Shown in pieces: positions 51,142 to 64,000 of a stretch of DNA of 64,000 bases. The stretch covers positions 6,137,260-6,201,259 of the forward strand of contig MU058844.1 in the NCBI GenBank assembly GCA_013265495.1. Reading direction: 5' to 3'. A program made the translations under genes and the position numbers. The notes under the pieces are model-generated. The model did no database searches. It worked only from the letters and a program-made list of their open reading frames with translations, and had not been told where the DNA came from. Positions within the stretch are counted from its first letter, which is position 1; each line of letters opens with the position of its first letter. The DNA comes from Vicugna vicugna (taxonomy: Eukaryota).

Positions 51142-51812
51142 CAGTGGAGAAGGAGAAGATGAATGGGGTTGCTTTAAAAATCTTGTGGGTTGAAAATAAT
51201 TCCCTTTTTCCAGTATTTTTATTACCTCCTGGAATGACGGCCACAAGGGCCTATGTGTTTATGAGGATTAGTTCTCAAAGTGACCATGAACTCAGGTATT
51301 GGTTGCTGAGGCACAAAAAAAATCCATTCATCATACTTCTGTATTTCAAATACAGCACACTAATACCTAAATTACACCCTACTATATCATCCAGCTGTAA
51401 GTTTAAATGCTATAGGTTTCAACTAATTTAGAGTATTTTGTCTGGTAGTCAAAGAAAAACCTGTCCCAGAGTGGTATTTGCTAGGGTGACGATGGAGGCA
51501 GTCCCAAACCCTAGCAGTTCCCAGAATGCTCCTAAGTCATCTCCCTTAAGACCTTGAAGTAACAGGTATATGTAAAGCATTGTATTTGAGGCTTATACTC
51601 TCCATTTCTGTTCATCCTTGTAAAAAAGTAACCTTGTTTTTACCCTCACGGTGGTTCCCAAAAGAATTGGAAAAAGATGAGTAGGTAGCAAAAAGCTTCC
51701 TTAAAAGAGGACACATGAGAATGACTTGAATTAATTTTAAACTACACATGGCTCACTTCCCAGGAGATGTTTACACACTACCTGGTAAAGGTAGACCACC
51801 ATTTATGGTCAT

Positions 51813-52142
51813 TGTATTAGTTTCCTACTGATTTGGTAACAAATCATCACAAACCTAGTAGCTTAAAACAATACAAATTTATCTTACAATTCTGAAGTTC
51901 AGAAGTTTAAAATAAGCCCCATTTATATAACTGAAAAATTGTGCTCTACACTGGAATTTGACACAACATTGTAAAATGACTATAACTCAATAAAAAAAAT
52001 GTTTTTTTTTAAAAGTAAGCCTCACTTGACTAAGTCAAAGTGTTGGCAGGTTTGTTTTTTTCTGGAGGCTCCAGGAGAGGATCCATTCCTTGCCTTTTCC
52101 AGCTTGTATAAGCCACCATATTCTTTGGTTCATGTCTTCCTT
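51813..52142 (-). mobile_element. MaLR LTR (MLT1C/D-like), interrupted by a tiny L1 tail and truncated by an L1
   Basis: TGTATTAGTTTCCTA...GTAACAAAT..CACAAAC, TCTGGAGGCTCCAGGAGAGGATCC.TTCCTTGCCTTTTCCAGCTT. Confidence 0.8.
51925..52011 (+). mobile_element. ~90-bp extreme 3' end of a young L1 with TSD
   Basis: ATAACTGAAAAATTGTGCTCTACACTGGAATTTGACACAACATTGTAAAATGACTATAACTCAATAAAAAAAA; TSD AAAATAAGCCCCATTT / AAAGTAAGCCTCACTT (13/16). Confidence 0.8.
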
Positions 52143-52962
52143 CAGAGATTACTACAAACAATTATATGTCAATTAAATGGACAAATTCCTAGAAATATAC
52201 TTTCCCATGACTGAGTCAGGAAGAAATACAAAATGTAAACAGGATAATTATCAGTAATGAAATTAAATCAGTTACTAAAAAAACTCCCAGTAAGCCAAAG
52301 TCCAGGGCCAGAAAGCTTTACAGGTGAACCTACCAAACACTTAAGAGTTAACACCTATCCTTCTCAAACTATTCCAAAAAAAAAATTAAAGAGAAATGAA
52401 CACTTCCAAACTCATTCTATGAGGCCACCATCACCCTGATACCAAAACTGACAAAGACAACACAAAAAAGAAAATTAGAGGCCAATAGCACTGATGAACA
52501 TAGATTTTAAAATCTTCAACAAAATATTAGCAAGCCAAATTAAACAACACATTAAAGGGGTCATAAACAATGACCAAGTGAGATCTGTCCTAGAGATTCA
52601 AAGATTTTTCAATATTCATGACTCATTCAATGTGATACACCATATTAACAAATTGAACAATAAAAATCATACAATCATCTCAGTAGATACAGAAAAATCT
52701 TTTGATAAAATTAAACAACAATTTATGATTAAAAAAAAAACTCTCCACAAAGTGGGTATAGACAGAATATACCTAAACATAATGAATGTCATATGTGGTA
52801 AGCACACATGTGGTTGCCAGAGGGGAGGGGACATGTGGGGATGAGAGAAATAGATGAGGGATATTAAGAGGTACAGACTTTCAACTACAAAATTAATAAG
52901 TTATAGGTGTGTATGGAATATAGTCAATAATAAGGTGATATCTAAAACAAACAAACAAAAAA
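52143..52962 (+). mobile_element. L1 ORF2 fragment (RT N-terminal region) joined to a 3'UTR piece
   Basis: ORF 52494..52844 MNIDFKIFNKILASQIKQHIK...NVIHHINKLNNKNHTIISVDTEKSFDKIK is L1 reverse transcriptase; jump at ~52808 to GTGGTTGCCAGAGGGGAGGGG (3'UTR). Confidence 0.9.
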
Positions 52963-54944
52963 CACCTTAAAATTGCGTGTATTTGCCAGGAGATATTTTA
53001 TAGCTCTCTGTGAAGGAAATACATGCCATGAAAGATCAGTTCATTTTTTTTTTTTTTTTAACAGAGGAAGACATCCTCTGTTTTAAGTTATATGGATTTT
53101 GGTGCTTCAAGATAAGTGAAATTATTCTTCCAAAATCCAACCTGTAAAAAATGAATGAAGTACAATAGAAATCTAATTGACCATCCTGTCTCATTTATAA
53201 TTTAGTCCATTAACCATAAACAATTACAATTAAAAATATTTCTCTGATTCTTAACAAGTAGATAAAATATAGGACATTTTTATTTGATTGGATATGAAGT
53301 ACACACCAGGGAAATATGATTTTTATATGTAGCTAAAGAGTTGTATGTTAATTTTTAGGTTGTTTTATCCTAGTATCTTTCTAAAAATAAAAAGCAATAA
53401 AGAAGCATAATATACTTGAATACTCGAGCATTTGCCATAAAAATGTAACATTTATTGATATTTACTGAATGATAACTGTCTGCGTAGTAAGTCTTCGGAC
53501 TCTCCAGAGAATTAAAGAAACACGGCTAACAGGTTCTAGCAGTCATTTTGGAACTATCTCCCACGAAGTAATTGCCTCTTAATTTGTAAATGCGTTATAG
53601 CATTTTTCTTAGTTTGGAAAATGCCTCATTGGATCGCTAATGCAAGAAAAACTAAGCAACAAGCTGCGTCTTTGACATTTATTGAGAAGTCTCAGTTCAA
53701 ATTTATGGAATGTGGGAGTTAGTAAAATAAAAGAGCTTTGTCAAACTTCCCTGCAATTCGATGAAGTCAGGAGAAAATGGAAATTTATCTCTATCTCTTT
53801 GATCTTTTTCATCTATCCAAGTCAAAATATCACATCTGTCAAACTCAGGAAACTTTGTCATTTCTTTGGTAATTTATTCAATTTGACATTTAACAGAAAA
53901 TCTTGACATAACACGCTTTAGTATTATTTCCACAGTTCTCTCCTGGGAACAATTTTATCTAATCAAAATTAATCTATAAGTTTTTCTCAGAATTAGAAAG
54001 ATTGATTGCCAACTAGTAACACATAGAAATGTTAAGACTGCCTGTTTTCTGAATTAACCTTGATATGAAGCAGCAATACAGAGTGGTCAGGAAGAATATA
54101 ATTTTTAAAAATACTTAAATATACTATACTATCTTAGATAATTAAAAATCTCATTATACTGTGCTTGCTTTCCCACCTGAAATAGAGAAGCTAACTGTAA
54201 AAGCTCATAAGTTATTTCTCTACCTCTTATTTAGGATACTAAGGGTTTCCTGCACCGTAATAATTCCAAAGCAAAGCCACAAACCCACAGGCATCACTAA
54301 TATTGACTTCTATTGGGTTTTTCTCTTCAAACAAGATATAATTTTTCCATTAAGCAAATCTTCATCACCTACTCTGTCTTTAACCTTATGTTTCATCTAT
54401 TCCATAATTTACAAAGCAGTAGATTCTTAGTTCATAGAACATAATATTCTGATTTTGATAATGACATCAATTAACGGTTTACAGGTGAATGTGGAAGTTC
54501 CTCTCTATGGAAACATAATAGCTTACATATAATTATCTGAAACATGTAAATATTAAAAATCAGTTTAATTGGCTAAATATATTTATGGAAGATGAGTAGT
54601 CATATATTTGACAAGGAATATATGACAGACAACATTACTAAAAAACATTTGAGAAAAGAGAACAATTATGATCAACACCAAATAAGGAAGAAATGATTTC
54701 TCTTTCTTAAATCTACAAGGGTCTAGCAAATCTCAAGTAGCAGAAGTCATTCCAGGGTACAGCACATTTACAGTTAGTAATCTAATACTGTTTCAACATT
54801 GTATGAAACTGCCCAATAGCAATTAAGAATAGAAACAAGTGTCCAATAGGAAACAGAGTAGCAAAAAAATTACAACTTGGAGGAATACTGCTTGGAAGAC
54901 TGAGAAAGTGTGCATTATTGCTGGAATAAGTGACCAGTGGGCCA

Positions 54945-55810
54945 TTTGTTAATTCATAGCAAGCACTTTTGATTTTCTACCATTTGCCAGTCACTATATC
55001 AATTACTGGACTTGTAACAGTAAGCAGAAATCTATGCAGTTACTTTCTCATTCAGCTTGCTATTCAGAGAAGCTCAATATTGGGTAGAAAACAAAACAAA
55101 AAGAGACAACTATTTTAATTCAAATGAGTGTGGTTCTTTAAGAGCACACGACCAAGGACCATGATTGGGACCAGTGTGGCAGAGCTGGCTTCCTTTTAGC
55201 TGACATCTGAAGACTGACTAAGATGAAATAGAGTGAAAGTGGGTTGCAATGAGGGTAATCACACAATGACAGATAGTCTATGTGAGTTTTAAAAAGCTAA
55301 AGTGGACCAGAACACTGAGAGCGAAGTACACAGGGGTGTAAAGATGGTGCTATGGCTTCATGCATAGGCTCCGAGATCACATTTAGGAGGAGTCGTTCCC
55401 TACCGTAAGAGCAAATGGAAGGCATCAGTGTGTCCTAAGCAAGAGTATGAAACACAATCACATTTACAGTTCAAAAAGAGCACTCAGGCTCTGATGAGAG
55501 CTCAGAGTGGATTTAGGGAACACCATTAAGAAACTACTTCAGGATCGTAGAAAAGACCAGAGCATAAAGGCAACCATGGAGAGAAAGACAGCCTATGTAG
55601 TCAAGGGATACTTAAGAGATCAAAACTGATAGGGCTTAGTGATGAAGGAGACAAGAGGTGTCTAGAATGATTGAATAAGTGGATAATGCCATTAACTGAT
55701 ATAAGAGACAGTGGGAGAAGATGGAGACTGTGAATCATTGTTGGCTATTTTTTTCTCTTGAGGTACATTTGGGACATCCAGAGGGAGATGTCAAGTAGAC
55801 AGATCAAAAC
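54945..55810 (-). mobile_element. L2 fragment
   Basis: TGACATCTGAAGACTGA, GTCCTAAGCAAGAGTATGA, AAAAGAGCACTC.GGCT, GGGACATCCAGAGGGAGATGTCAAGTAG. Confidence 0.6.
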
Positions 55811-56639
55811 AGCACATTATCAAATCAAGTAATACAGAAGAGCTTATGGTGCAAAGCAAAAGTTTTCAATTTTCTTCTTTCCCTCTCCTCAAGTAACCTC
55901 TTCTAACCATTTCTGGTTGTTGTTGTTTTTAATTAATTCTGGTGGTTAACCCATACCCTATAAATCACAAATTGATTCAATCTTTAATTGAGTCACTGGA
56001 CCTAAAATAGTTCAGCATTAAGTATAGTACAGAATGTTTCATCAACTCCAGAACTATGGTGCCCTCAAAGAAAATAGAGCATTAGACTTATGTAGAGATT
56101 AAATATGTATATTTTACACATGGCAGTAATCTTAGGACTGCAGATATGAAAGAAGAAATAAGAAAATATAAACTGTATACTTTCCTGTTTTTTTTTTTTT
56201 AAAATAAACCAAAGTGAGGGTCTGTCTAAATTGATTTATGAATTTGGCTCCATTGTGATTAGTCATGAATTTCTACAGTGCATCATTATAACTCAAACTT
56301 CAAACAAGACCATGCTTTAATTTGATTAAATTTAAATTTTAATATCAAATCTTGTTAGTCAATCACATTTCTCAAATATTTAATCATTTAATATAAGATA
56401 TAAATCAAGCTTATTGTTTTGAGATTATTATATGGAAAAAAGTCGAGTGTCTGAGTTAAATCTATAAGCCAGAAGTAGAAATATGATTGGGGGAAATTTT
56501 AATTTAATGATATCCCTTTGATTTGTGTTCCTTATTCTCTATGACTTGTTCTTAATTTCCCATTCTCCCACTTTCAGACTCTCAAGTTCATGACGAGTAG
56601 GGTTTATGGATAAAAATGGGCAAAATAATAAGTGATCAG

Positions 56640-56830
56640 TGTGGGAAATAGAGATTAATTCATTCAACATATATTTGCCATTTATTATGTGTTAGATGGT
56701 ATCCTAAGGGCCAGTGAATCAAAAGTAAACAGAAACATGTAACATTCTCTTGGATCTTACATTCTAGTAAAAGTAACACATTGAGTAAAGACCTGAAGGA
56801 GGTGAGGGGCTGACACGTGCTTCTTGGTAT
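56640..56830 (-). mobile_element. L2 3' fragment
   Basis: ATTCATTCAACATATATTT, AAAGACCTGAAGGAGGTGAGGG. Confidence 0.6.
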
Positions 56831-56834
56831 GACT

Positions 56835-58181
56835 ACACAGTCATGGAAAATAGAAGATGTACCCAAGAAAATGGATCTTAGTGTAATGGATCTGGCTAAA
56901 GGGATTTATGGCAGATTGTCAACAGTGTCAAATGATTTCTTTGAATTATGTGCTGTGGACTGAATTGTATCCTCCCCAAATCCGTACGTTGAAGCCCTAA
57001 ACCCCAATGTGACTTTATGGAAGATAGGGCCTTTAGGAGATAATCGATGTTAAAAATGAGGTCGTAAGGGTGGGACTCTAATACTATAGGATTGGTAACC
57101 TTGTTAGAAAATTTCTCTCTCTCTCACATACACATGCACACACATACGCATATTTTGTTATGGCAGCTGAAGCAGACTCAGACACTGTGAGAGATGGACT
57201 AAAAAAATGAATTACTCAATTTTCAAGCTGAATATAAAGAAAATGTAAAACAGCCAAGAGTTTCTGGATTCAAAATAAAGATAGTTCTTATACCCTGATC
57301 TCTGGGTAAAGATAAAACCAAGGATTTGACTCTGAAGCCTTTGTTAAGACTTCAGGATGGTTTCGTGTAGAACTTCATAGATCCATTCAGGCAGACAGAA
57401 AGCCTCCTGAGGATATTAAGGACGTGCTTCACAGAGTCTGTTAAGCAATGAAATGTCTAAGAATTATAGGAGAGATTGTCCCATCAAAGCTGCCCACGAA
57501 ACCCAAGGTAGACAAGAACTCATTTCAAAGAGATTTGTGGGAGTGGCTTTTGTCTAGGGTAGTGGATTACAAACTGGTGAATATTACAGCTCACAAAATC
57601 TATAAAGGAATTCGATACTAGCTTGGATTGAAAAATTTAGGAACAGTTCCAGATGAAAAGCTGCCTTTGGACTCCTCAACTTCTATGGGTAGGAACAGGC
57701 TGACAAAACTACATGACTGAAAACAAAGGCTAAGGAGAAATGACCTAGAAGAAAGAGGATCTCGTCAAGAGCTGGGGGAGTCAGTCCTAGAGACTGTCAC
57801 TGCGCTATAATTAAGGCAATGACAATGTGTATTTCACTGGGTTTCAGAAATGCTATGGATCCATGTTTGCTGAATGCTACCCTTCTCCCTCCTTTTTGAA
57901 TGGGAGTCTTTATTACAGCTGTACTGTGCATGTTCAACCACAGGTATTTGGTGTTTGTGGGGTAGCTAATAGGTCTTCAGATTGACAAACAAAAATGTGC
58001 CCGAGGAATTGACCCTGAGATGTTTCATCTATTCCTTGACCTGGTTTAAATGATAAGATTCTGGACCTCAAGCCTGAGCCTGATGCTAAAATAAATGAGG
58101 CTTTGGGGGTGGGTCTTTGGAGATAATGAAAGTATTTTACACTTAAGAAGAATATACATACTTTGTAGTCAGGGTACGGAT
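56835..58181 (+). mobile_element. MaLR internal region (MLT1-int), interrupted by an MLT1A/B LTR
   Basis: GGATCTGGCTAAAG, AAGCCTTTGTTAAGAC, TTTCAAAGAGATTTGTGG..GTGGCTTTTGTCTA, GGTTTCAGAAATGCTATGGA, CTTTTTGAATGGGAG; leads into the 3' LTR via AGGGTACGGAT. Confidence 0.7.
56951..57184 (+). mobile_element. Internally deleted MLT1A/B-like LTR nested in MLT1-int
   Basis: TGCTGTGGACTGAATTGT..CCCAAAT.C.TACGTTGAAGCCCTAAACCCCAATGTGA...ATGAGGTCGTAAGGGTGGG; then a CT/CA tract and the LTR end TTTGTTATGGCAGC...GACA. Confidence 0.8.
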
Positions 58182-58698
58182 TGTGGAACTTAAAAAGTGT
58201 ACAAATTAATTGATACTCCTACCGTGGAGAGGTGCTGTCTCTGTCCCTTCCCCTTGAACAGAGGCAGGCTTGTTTCTGACCAATAAGCTATGAAGAAAAT
58301 GGTGCTCTATTACTTCCCAGACTAAGTCATAAAGGACTATGCAGTTTCCTCCTGGATCATTTTGTGTACACCCCATCTTAAGAGACCAGCCACCATATGT
58401 CTGGGAGCCCACGCCATATGGAGAGCCTACATATAGGGGCTCTGGTTGACAGTCTAAGCTGAACCCAGCGGTTAAGTCATCTTAGGCACTACAAATGTGT
58501 GTTCAAATGCTTTTAATAAATGATTCCAGAAAACTTCAGGCCCCCAGCTATTCAGTCTTCCTGGCTAGACCCAAGACATTGAAAAATAGAAACAAGTCAC
58601 CCCCATTGTGCTGTCAGAATTTCTAACCCAAAGAATATGTGGTTATTGTTTTACATTTCTCAACTTTGGCTTAATGAATATATTGAATATACTGAACA
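58182..58698 (+). mobile_element. MaLR 3' LTR (MLT1G/H-like)
   Basis: TGTGG...TTGATACTCCT, CCCTTCCCCTTGAA, TGACCAATA, GACTAAGTCATAAAGG, GGTTATTGTTTTA; ends ACTGAACA. Confidence 0.7.
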
Positions 58699-60019
58699 AA
58701 AACTACATGATCTTGCTTAATGATTTTAGGTACATAAATGTATTTAATTGAAAATTACCTGAGTGCGACCAATGGTATGTTACATCTTGCCAATGTGATG
58801 TATGGTGTATATTTATAAAATATAAAGCTATATTCCACTGCTTAGTCTTAGAACAAAGTAGAAAGCAAAAGGATTGAGTAGAGTTGTTTAAAAAATAGGA
58901 AGAACTTAATTTTGAATATTAAAAAAATCAGGTTACCGAGTTATGTAGCACCCAACCCATTAATCTATACCCCATTGCTTTGAAAAACGGTGTCTGTGCA
59001 GATATAGTAATCCCTTATGGAAATGAGAGGATTTGGTCGAGATGTTCCCATCAGAGGTGGCAGCAGAGCTGGCTGAGCAGGAGGGAGGAGGACTGAGGAA
59101 GTCAGGTGAGGCACTATCCCCAGGAAGCTGTCCAGCTACCTATGAGACAGGTGGACAGGCCCAGGTGGTCCTTACTTTGGCTTCTTACCGCATGCAGCAT
59201 GGTTTCTGAGACTCCTGCGTTGTGTACTACCAATGGCACGGCAGGTAACTTCGGTAGAAATAGGCCCGTGGAGGAGTGTAGGCCCCAAGAGAGAATAGGC
59301 CTTCGATCACAACCTCACAACCACGTGGGCTGTTGTGAGTAAGGCTGGTACGGCCTGTAGGGATGGGTGGGGGTTCACCGGGCACAGCAAGCCACTCCTC
59401 TACTCTCCACGGGTGGCAAAACGAAAGGATCAGGTTTTGAACAAGTGAATAAAATACTGGAAATGGTTACTGAGCAAGAAATTCAACAAATCTAACACAA
59501 AAAAATTAAGGCATTAGATTGTCAATTGATCTTTCTTCAAAGGTAATGACGCAAGAAATAAGATAACATAAGGGCAAGCTAGCTGTAATGAAATACCAAA
59601 CTCTGATATACTCGACAGTGAATGATTTCATACGACTTTCACTACTTTTAATGAAGTCTTAGAAGTAGTTCAACAAAGTGTTTTTGCTTTAAGGAGACTT
59701 CAACTTCAGCAATCAATTCCCCATCTGAAAGGCTAAGTGAACTACAATTTATTTTTCTTATTCTGGAAACTAAAAGCTGCTTCTGTTTAATCTCAATTCT
59801 CAGAGTTTAATAGTATTGGATTGTTCTTCCTTCTCTACTGTGCACTCACCCAGGATTGACTGTCACCTCTCAGTGGCCAAGCACAGATTAAAAAAAATGA
59901 ACACAACCATCAATTTTCTTTCTCAACTACGTTGGCTTCTTCAGAAACATCCCTCAAAGAAGACCTTTCATTTTTCAGCCTTCATTACACCCAGTATCTT
60001 CCATGCCTGTTTGTAATGC

Positions 60020-60225
60020 TATTAGCAAGTTTTTATAGAGCCTTTACTGTATGCCAGGGAGAATACTAACTGAATTACAAGTAATATTTTACTTGTGTAT
60101 TGAGTAAAATTATTGTCTTTATTTTGTAGATAAGGAGAGTGAGCACAGAGAGGTTAAACAGTTTTCCCAAATATCTGAAGCAGAAAATCCATCTCCAGAG
60201 TATATCCTCTTACCTACTACGCTAT
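60020..60225 (-). mobile_element. MIR SINE
   Basis: TTACTGTATGCCAGG, ATTTTGTAGATAAGGAGAGTGAGCACAGAGAGGTTAA. Confidence 0.65.
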
Positions 60226-63084
60226 AGAGCTCACAATTTCCTGTGCGTGTGTGTGCATCGTCCTACATCATGTGGTTCACACAATGATCATACGTGCACG
60301 AAGTGTGACAACCTCCAGGCCACTGAAAGTTTTTCTTTATGCAAAACATTCAGCAAGAAAAAAGACCTAACTCCAGTGTTATACATCTAATCAAAATTAT
60401 TAGAGCCCGTGACTGAATCATTTCAAGGATGGTAGAGCAGTTTTAGGAGGAGGACAAGAGTATATGATGGTTCCAGTATCTCTATCTCATATTAGAATTT
60501 GTTCTCGTCTATGTTTGCTGCAAATTTTGCTCTCATAAGAGAGTATTTCCTGGAGAAGGAGGGTGGATTCCATCTATGTGTCTGAAATAAGTTTTGAGGA
60601 GGAGACTAGAAAATGAATAGACAAAGGCTGGAGAACATATATAGTGGTGTCCACATTATGTCACTCAGAGCACCTGGGCTCCTTGAATGCACGGCCAGCG
60701 CTGCACAGGGGGTCTAGCAGGCTCTTGGGTAGGCTGAGAAGGACTCCGGACTTTCCCTATGCTTTCAACCAGCATAGCTATCTTTCATCTATTTTATGTT
60801 TTCAGGGGATGTGGCCCTGTGACCAGCGGAGAAAGACTTATGAGTATGGAGGTATAAGTCCACTACCTACTCTGAAAACAGAATAGCTAGCAGGTCCAGG
60901 ATTGCAAATTATAAAAGTAGAAAACATCTCTTCATCTGAAAAGATACTCTCAACAGACATGCTTTTTTTTTTTTTTTAAAGGAAATTCTGAGAAGAGATG
61001 GATAGATAATCACCAGGTTAAAATTTGAGAAGACATCACAGACTCTGGGAACTTGTGCCTAATCTTAATCGGGTCTCCTCTCGAGAAAAGCTCCTAGGTC
61101 CCACCTCTCATCCTGGAAAGGAATAAAGGTGGTTAAATGATTCCTGGTTTCACACTTCACTGAAAAACTTAGTTTTTAGTGTCTGACAGTTTCTCAGAGT
61201 CCAAGTTCAACTAAATTAGCTCTCAGAAAGCTAAGCAATAAAAGGCTTGAACCCTTTTCAAAAATTATTTTTAAAAATATAATTGTAGTCCTGGTGACAC
61301 CAAAAAAAAAGAAAAAAACAAAAAGAAAAATACTTCCTTTTATCAGTAGTGAGGTCAAATTACCAACAAAATGACTTTATTATACCCACTGCCAATCTTA
61401 CATTGTTTTTTTTGCAGTTCACTTGGATGGCAAATGCACAATTAACGTCTTTTCCATAGTCATTTAAAGGAAAACCTGAAATGTAATGTTAAACTAATTA
61501 GTCATATTTGAAGATGAGCAGTTTAATGATGATCCTCAATGCTTTCGATTCTTTTTTGAGAGATAAGTGGGTGTTAAATTATACAGCAAAGTTGCTTCTC
61601 ATAAAAGGAATATTTTATAAAAATCTTTTACAAAGTTGGATACATTCTCATAATCAAATTTTGTAAGAAAAAAATCTGACAAAGAATGACTTAAAATTTC
61701 CAGTTGTTGGATAGAAGTATATTTTATCAGTTAATTTTCACCAGTCACAAAATCCAAACAAAATATTTGAGGTAATCCTGGGGAAAATAATTGTACTTAT
61801 TTGAGAGAAAAACAAATTTTTCTAGTTTATAAAATGATTACAAAGAAATGCCAGTTATAGAAAGAAAGCTGGGGTATTTTGTAGGTAGCTAAAGGGATAT
61901 ATGAAATTTTTAAGTTAATCATCCTTGGAATTGACAGGATTTAGGGAGAAAACTGGACACATTTCTCAAGCCAAATCTTGTTTACAAGGATTACGGTAAA
62001 AGTCGTAATGCCTCAGAATTTGCAATTCAGTTTTCTCCTTTAATCACATTTATTTCTAAACTTTTTTTAAACTAAAAAGTCTAGACTAATAAGCACTAAA
62101 TATACAAGGGCCACTTTCTGAAATAATTAAATTTCTATTCAATAAACTGAGGTCCCGTCTCCAGATTTTGCTTAGTGGTTGAGATTTTAATGGGGCAATA
62201 AGTTACTGGGATTAATGAAACAATAAAAGTATTTTGTGAAGTGCATTAGTAGGTTTCAGGTCTTTATTCTATTTTAATTGTTTTGCACAAATTCATTTCT
62301 ACTTAACATATTTATTTTGTATCACAACTTTAAAAGATAAAATGCCTTTTAATAATTGGTTTGCATATCAATGGGGAAAATTGATTAAAGAAAAAAGATT
62401 CATTCCTCTATTATTAAATTAGGGATTTGAGGAGAAAAATATTCTGTAACACATTCAAAGGAAAGTGCTTATCTGTTATTACTGATTGCACAAAAACTCT
62501 GACTAGATTATATGACTAGATGAGATGAGATTAGATTTTATAATCGAGAAAAGTGATTATTTTAGAGAGATTAAGTTTACACAGTTTTAATGAAAAAGCT
62601 CTGACTTGAATCAAGGTCCATTCCACACAACTCATGCTTCCATGCTATGATCAAATCCCCGTGAACCTGACTTCACAAGCGGATAAGCCTGAACCCCTCA
62701 GGGGGCTAGAGGTGGAACTTCCCAAGGATCAGATTTGGGGGTTGGCTGCAATTTACAAAACTATACTTGGCTTAAATTTAAATTAAAAAGAAAAGAAATG
62801 TGTGAATAAGATAACCACAGAGCTTTATTGTCTCAATTGTCTGATGAATGCTAAAGAAATGAGTGTGAGTCTTTGTGTATGTGTGGCAAAAACAAAAATT
62901 TCCTGGGAATAAATGTCAAAATGCTTTTTAATACAGCCTGCTTTAAGGAAGAATGAGCTTTGTTCTCTGAGTTGATCTAAGGATCACACCATCATATTAA
63001 CATAACTTGTTTAATACAAGAATGACATGGAGCTTATTTTAACATTGCCTTTATAAATTAAAAATCAGGACAAATTTAGGTTGT

Positions 63085-63280
63085 CATGCGGTATCATGAT
63101 TAAGAGCCTAGGCTTTGTCATCAGGCAAACCAGAGTTCAAATCTCAGTTCTTAAATTATTAGTAATATTTAGCAATTAACTTCCTTGTACCTGTTTCCTC
63201 AATTGTAAAATTGGGGAATTATTAGTCATTATATAGTAGGGCTTTTTTGTGCAGCTTTAATGATATATAAAAATCTTAGT
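63085..63280 (+). mobile_element. MIR SINE, interrupted at its 3' end by an L1
   Basis: ATGATTAAGAGCCTAGGCTT, GAGTTCAAATCTCAG, CTGTTTCCTCAATTGTAAAATTGGG. Confidence 0.75.
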
Positions 63281-64000
63281 GCATAAATCTCAGCAGTGTT
63301 CTCCTACGGCAATCTACCCAAGCAATAGAAATAAAAGCAAAGAAATGAGACCTAATTAACTTTATAAGCTTTTGTACAGCAAAGGAAACCATAAGCAAAA
63401 CAAAGATACAATCTATGTAATAGGAGAAAATATTTGCAAAAGATGAGACTGACAAGGGCTTAATTTCCAGAATATATAAATAGCTCATACCACTTAATAC
63501 TAAAAAAACAAACAACCCAATCCAAAAATGGGCAGAGGACCTAAACAAGCAATTCTCCACTGAAGACATACAAATGTCCAAAAGGCACATGAAAAAATGC
63601 TTAATATCACTCATTAACAGAGAAATGCAAATCAAAACTTCAATGAGGTATCACCTCACACCAGTCTGAATAGCCATCATTCAAAAGTCCACAAATGATA
63701 AATGCTGGAGAGGGTGTGGAGAAAAGAGAACCCTCCTACACTACTGGTGGGAATATAGTTTGGTGCAGCCATTATGGAAAACAGTATGGAGATTCCTCAG
63801 AAGACTAAAAATAGAGTCACCATATGATCCAGCAATCCCACTTCTGGGGATATATCCAGAGGGAACTTTAATTCAAAAAGATACATGCACCTCAGTGTTC
63901 ATAGCAGCACTATTTTCAATAGCCAAGACATGGAAATAACCTAAATGACTATTGAAAAATGACTGGATAAAGAAGCCTTGGTATATTTATACAATGGAAT
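63281..64000 (+). mobile_element. Young 5'-truncated L1, ORF2 C-terminal region, running off the window
   Basis: ACAGCAAAGGAAACCATAA, GACAAGGGCTTAATTTCCAGAATATA, AGAGAAATGCAAATCAAAAC, TGCTGGAGAGGGTGTGGAGAAAAG, TGATCCAGCAATCCCACT. Confidence 0.95.

Noticed and set aside
1..64000. Prokaryotic features: CRISPR arrays, operons, defence systems, rRNA/tRNA genes
   Set aside because: The sequence is mammalian repeat-rich non-coding DNA. There are no regularly spaced repeats, long ORFs or structural RNA genes, and the only RT-like sequence is decayed LINE-1 ORF2.

Overview
This is AT-rich placental-mammal genomic DNA, intronic or intergenic, and it is not prokaryotic. I recognise no protein-coding exon, RNA gene or CRISPR array. 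Much of the window is decayed transposable elements: LINE-1 (old L1M types and younger lineage-specific 3' ends), L2, MIR, L3/CR1, MaLR (MLT1) and ERV LTRs, and hAT/Tigger DNA-transposon relics. There are no Alu, B1/B2, Bov-A/BovB, PRE-1 or Can-SINE copies. The young L1 3' ends resemble camelid-type L1 tails, so an artiodactyl (possibly camelid) source is my inference. Repeat family names come from recalled consensus motifs and need RepeatMasker/Dfam confirmation. The ORF-track entries are L1 remnants, antisense L1 shadows or chance ORFs. The most notable structures are: (i) a ~1.9 kb TSD-flanked, internally deleted L1 that fuses the ORF1 N-terminus in frame to the ORF2 C-terminal cysteine-rich domain; (ii) several near-identical local copies, namely a 66-bp inverted repeat, a 64-bp direct repeat, a 50-bp patch matching a site 6.9 kb away and a 20-bp-stem hairpin, which look like template-switch or templated-repair scars; (iii) a clean switch in L1 orientation between the two halves of the window. 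I found no convincing evidence of a new gene system.
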